From contig DASWAB010000161.1 of assembly GCA_036391375.1 (NCBI GenBank), forward strand, positions 1 through 25,508: a stretch of 25,508 nucleotides of DNA, in the 5' to 3' direction. Positions within the stretch are counted from its first letter, which is position 1. The number at the start of each line of letters is the position of its first letter. The notes below the pieces were generated by a model that saw only the letters and a list, made by a program, of their open reading frames with translations, did no database searches and was not told where the DNA came from. The stretch comes from Nitrospirota bacterium. GTDB lineage: Bacteria > Nitrospirota > UBA9217. The position numbers and the translations under genes were made by a program. Below, in pieces: positions 24,098 through 25,508 of the stretch.

Positions 24098-25508
24098 TGC
24101 ACTATACCCCCAGCATCCGGCAGAAAATTACGTTCGGCTACTACGCCATCACGGCCCTGATCATCGGCCTCTCGGTGTTCACCTTCGTCGAGCTCCGCTA
24201 CGTCGAGAAGAAGATCATGTTCGGCGAGGCCATTTCCGAATTCTTCGACACCACCCTCGAGATCAGGAGGTTCGAGAAAAACTTTTTTCTCTACGAACAG
24301 CGCTCCGATTACGAAGAGAACGTCAGCTACGTTTCCCGCTCCCAGGACCTCATCGATGACAACATCAGGGGGTTTGCCACAGTCGCGTCGCCCGACCAGC
24401 TGGGGGCTCTCCAGGCCAACCTGAAAACATACAAGGACCTCATGGAAGAGTACGCAGCGCTCGGCGGGCGGCACACGGCTCGCAAGAGCATGCTTGCCGG
24501 CAGGATCCGCCAGACCGGCAAGGACATCATCACCACGGCCGAGGAGCTTTCCCGCACGGAGCGAAGGAGCCTGCAGCAGATTTTAAACAACTCGCAGCGC
24601 ATTCTCATTGTCTCAATCATTTTCCTTTCCCTCGCGGTGATCGCCGTAGGCCAGATCCTGTCGCGCATGGTGGTGAAGCCCCTGAAGTCGCTGGAGGAAA
24701 GCATGGGGGTCATCGCGGAGGGAAAGTTCGAGCGCGTGGCAATCGACTCCAAGGACCGGGAGATCGTCTCGCTCACGAGCGCGTTCAACAAGATGCTGAA
24801 GGAGCTCGAACTGCACGAGCGGCACCTGATCCAGTCGGAGAAGCTCGCGTCCCTGGGCACGCTCCTCTCCGGCGTGGCGCACGAGCTGAACAATCCGCTG
24901 TCGAACATTTCGTCGTCGAACCAGATCCTGAGGGAGGAGCTCTTTGAGGGTCACGGGGCAAAAGCCGAGGGGCAGGGAAAAAACGATGCGGAGACCGGCG
25001 TCGCTCCCGGCCTTACCCATCCTGACCCCGCTTTCATCAAGGAGCTCATCTCGCAGGTCAACGAGCAGACGGACCGGGCGAGGAACATCGTCCGCTCCCT
25101 CCTCGATTTCTCGCGCAACCGCGAGTTCAAAAAAGAGTCCCTCTCGCTCAGGAAGCTTCTTGAGGAGACCCTTCAGTTCATAAAGGGCCAGGTGCCTGCG
25201 GGGATCACGATCACGTTTTCCCTGCCGGAGGACATCGAGATCTTCGCGGACAAACAGCGGATCCAGCAGGCGTTTCTGAACCTGATTAAAAACGCCGTCG
25301 AGGCGATCGGCGAGGACGAAGGGGCCGTCTCCGTCAGCGCCGGGAAACGCAGGGCCATGGACGATCTCGAAGATGAAAAAAAGATCGGCATTTACAACTA
25401 CCTCAAATACCGCGGCAAGTGCACGCTCGACCAGGACACGGTCGATATCGAGGTGCGGGACAGCGGCTCGGGGATCCCGCAGGACATCCTGCCGAAAATC
25501 TTCGACCC
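24094..25508 (+). CDS. Sensor histidine kinase 3, 3' end truncated by the window
   Basis: Not in the ORF track because it has no stop. Manual translation is open for 471 codons from the ATGA overlap with lon: TM, LEIRRFEKNFFLY, TM, HAMP, GVAHELNNPL, NLIKNA, DSGSGIP..KIFDP. Confidence 0.92.
   Translation, partial: MMHYTPSIRQKITFGYYAITALIIGLSVFTFVELRYVEKKIMFGEAISEFFDTTLEIRRFEKNFFLYEQRSDYEENVSYVSRSQDLIDDNIRGFATVASPDQLGALQANLKTYKDLMEEYAALGGRHTARKSMLAGRIRQTGKDIITTAEELSRTERRSLQQILNNSQRILIVSIIFLSLAVIAVGQILSRMVVKPLKSLEESMGVIAEGKFERVAIDSKDREIVSLTSAFNKMLKELELHERHLIQSEKLASLGTLLSGVAHELNNPLSNISSSNQILREELFEGHGAKAEGQGKNDAETGVAPGLTHPDPAFIKELISQVNEQTDRARNIVRSLLDFSRNREFKKESLSLRKLLEETLQFIKGQVPAGITITFSLPEDIEIFADKQRIQQAFLNLIKNAVEAIGEDEGAVSVSAGKRRAMDDLEDEKKIGIYNYLKYRGKCTLDQDTVDIEVRDSGSGIPQDILPKIFD

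Overview
GC-rich bacterial chromosomal window; gene content suggests Nitrospirota or Desulfobacterota (inference only). The left end is housekeeping: partial era, nadA, rmuC, tatA. Most of the rest (2.9-25.5 kb) is one signalling and transport locus, interrupted by a small + strand unit (hypothetical ORF + pal). Two parallel minus-strand cassettes each start at a sigma54-type promoter and encode small proteins with an AxxFAExxExxxAR motif, a TSUP (TauE/SafE) transporter with a partner membrane protein, universal stress proteins and a sensor kinase with an EKNFFLY motif. Cassette I also carries two adjacent MshEN/T2SSE_N-like + repeated DUF202-like membrane proteins (3+2 = 5 repeats, each with a long Arg heptad ladder), a stand-alone receiver and a PEP-synthase-like dikinase lacking the normal pyruvate/PEP domain. 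Cassette II ends in an NtrC-family sigma54 activator. A divergent unit encodes a Lon protease with no N-domain and an intact receiver domain inserted in its AAA+ module, coupled to a third EKNFFLY kinase that is truncated by the window end. No rRNA, tRNA, CRISPR array or mobile element was seen. All family calls come from motifs recognised by eye, without database searches.
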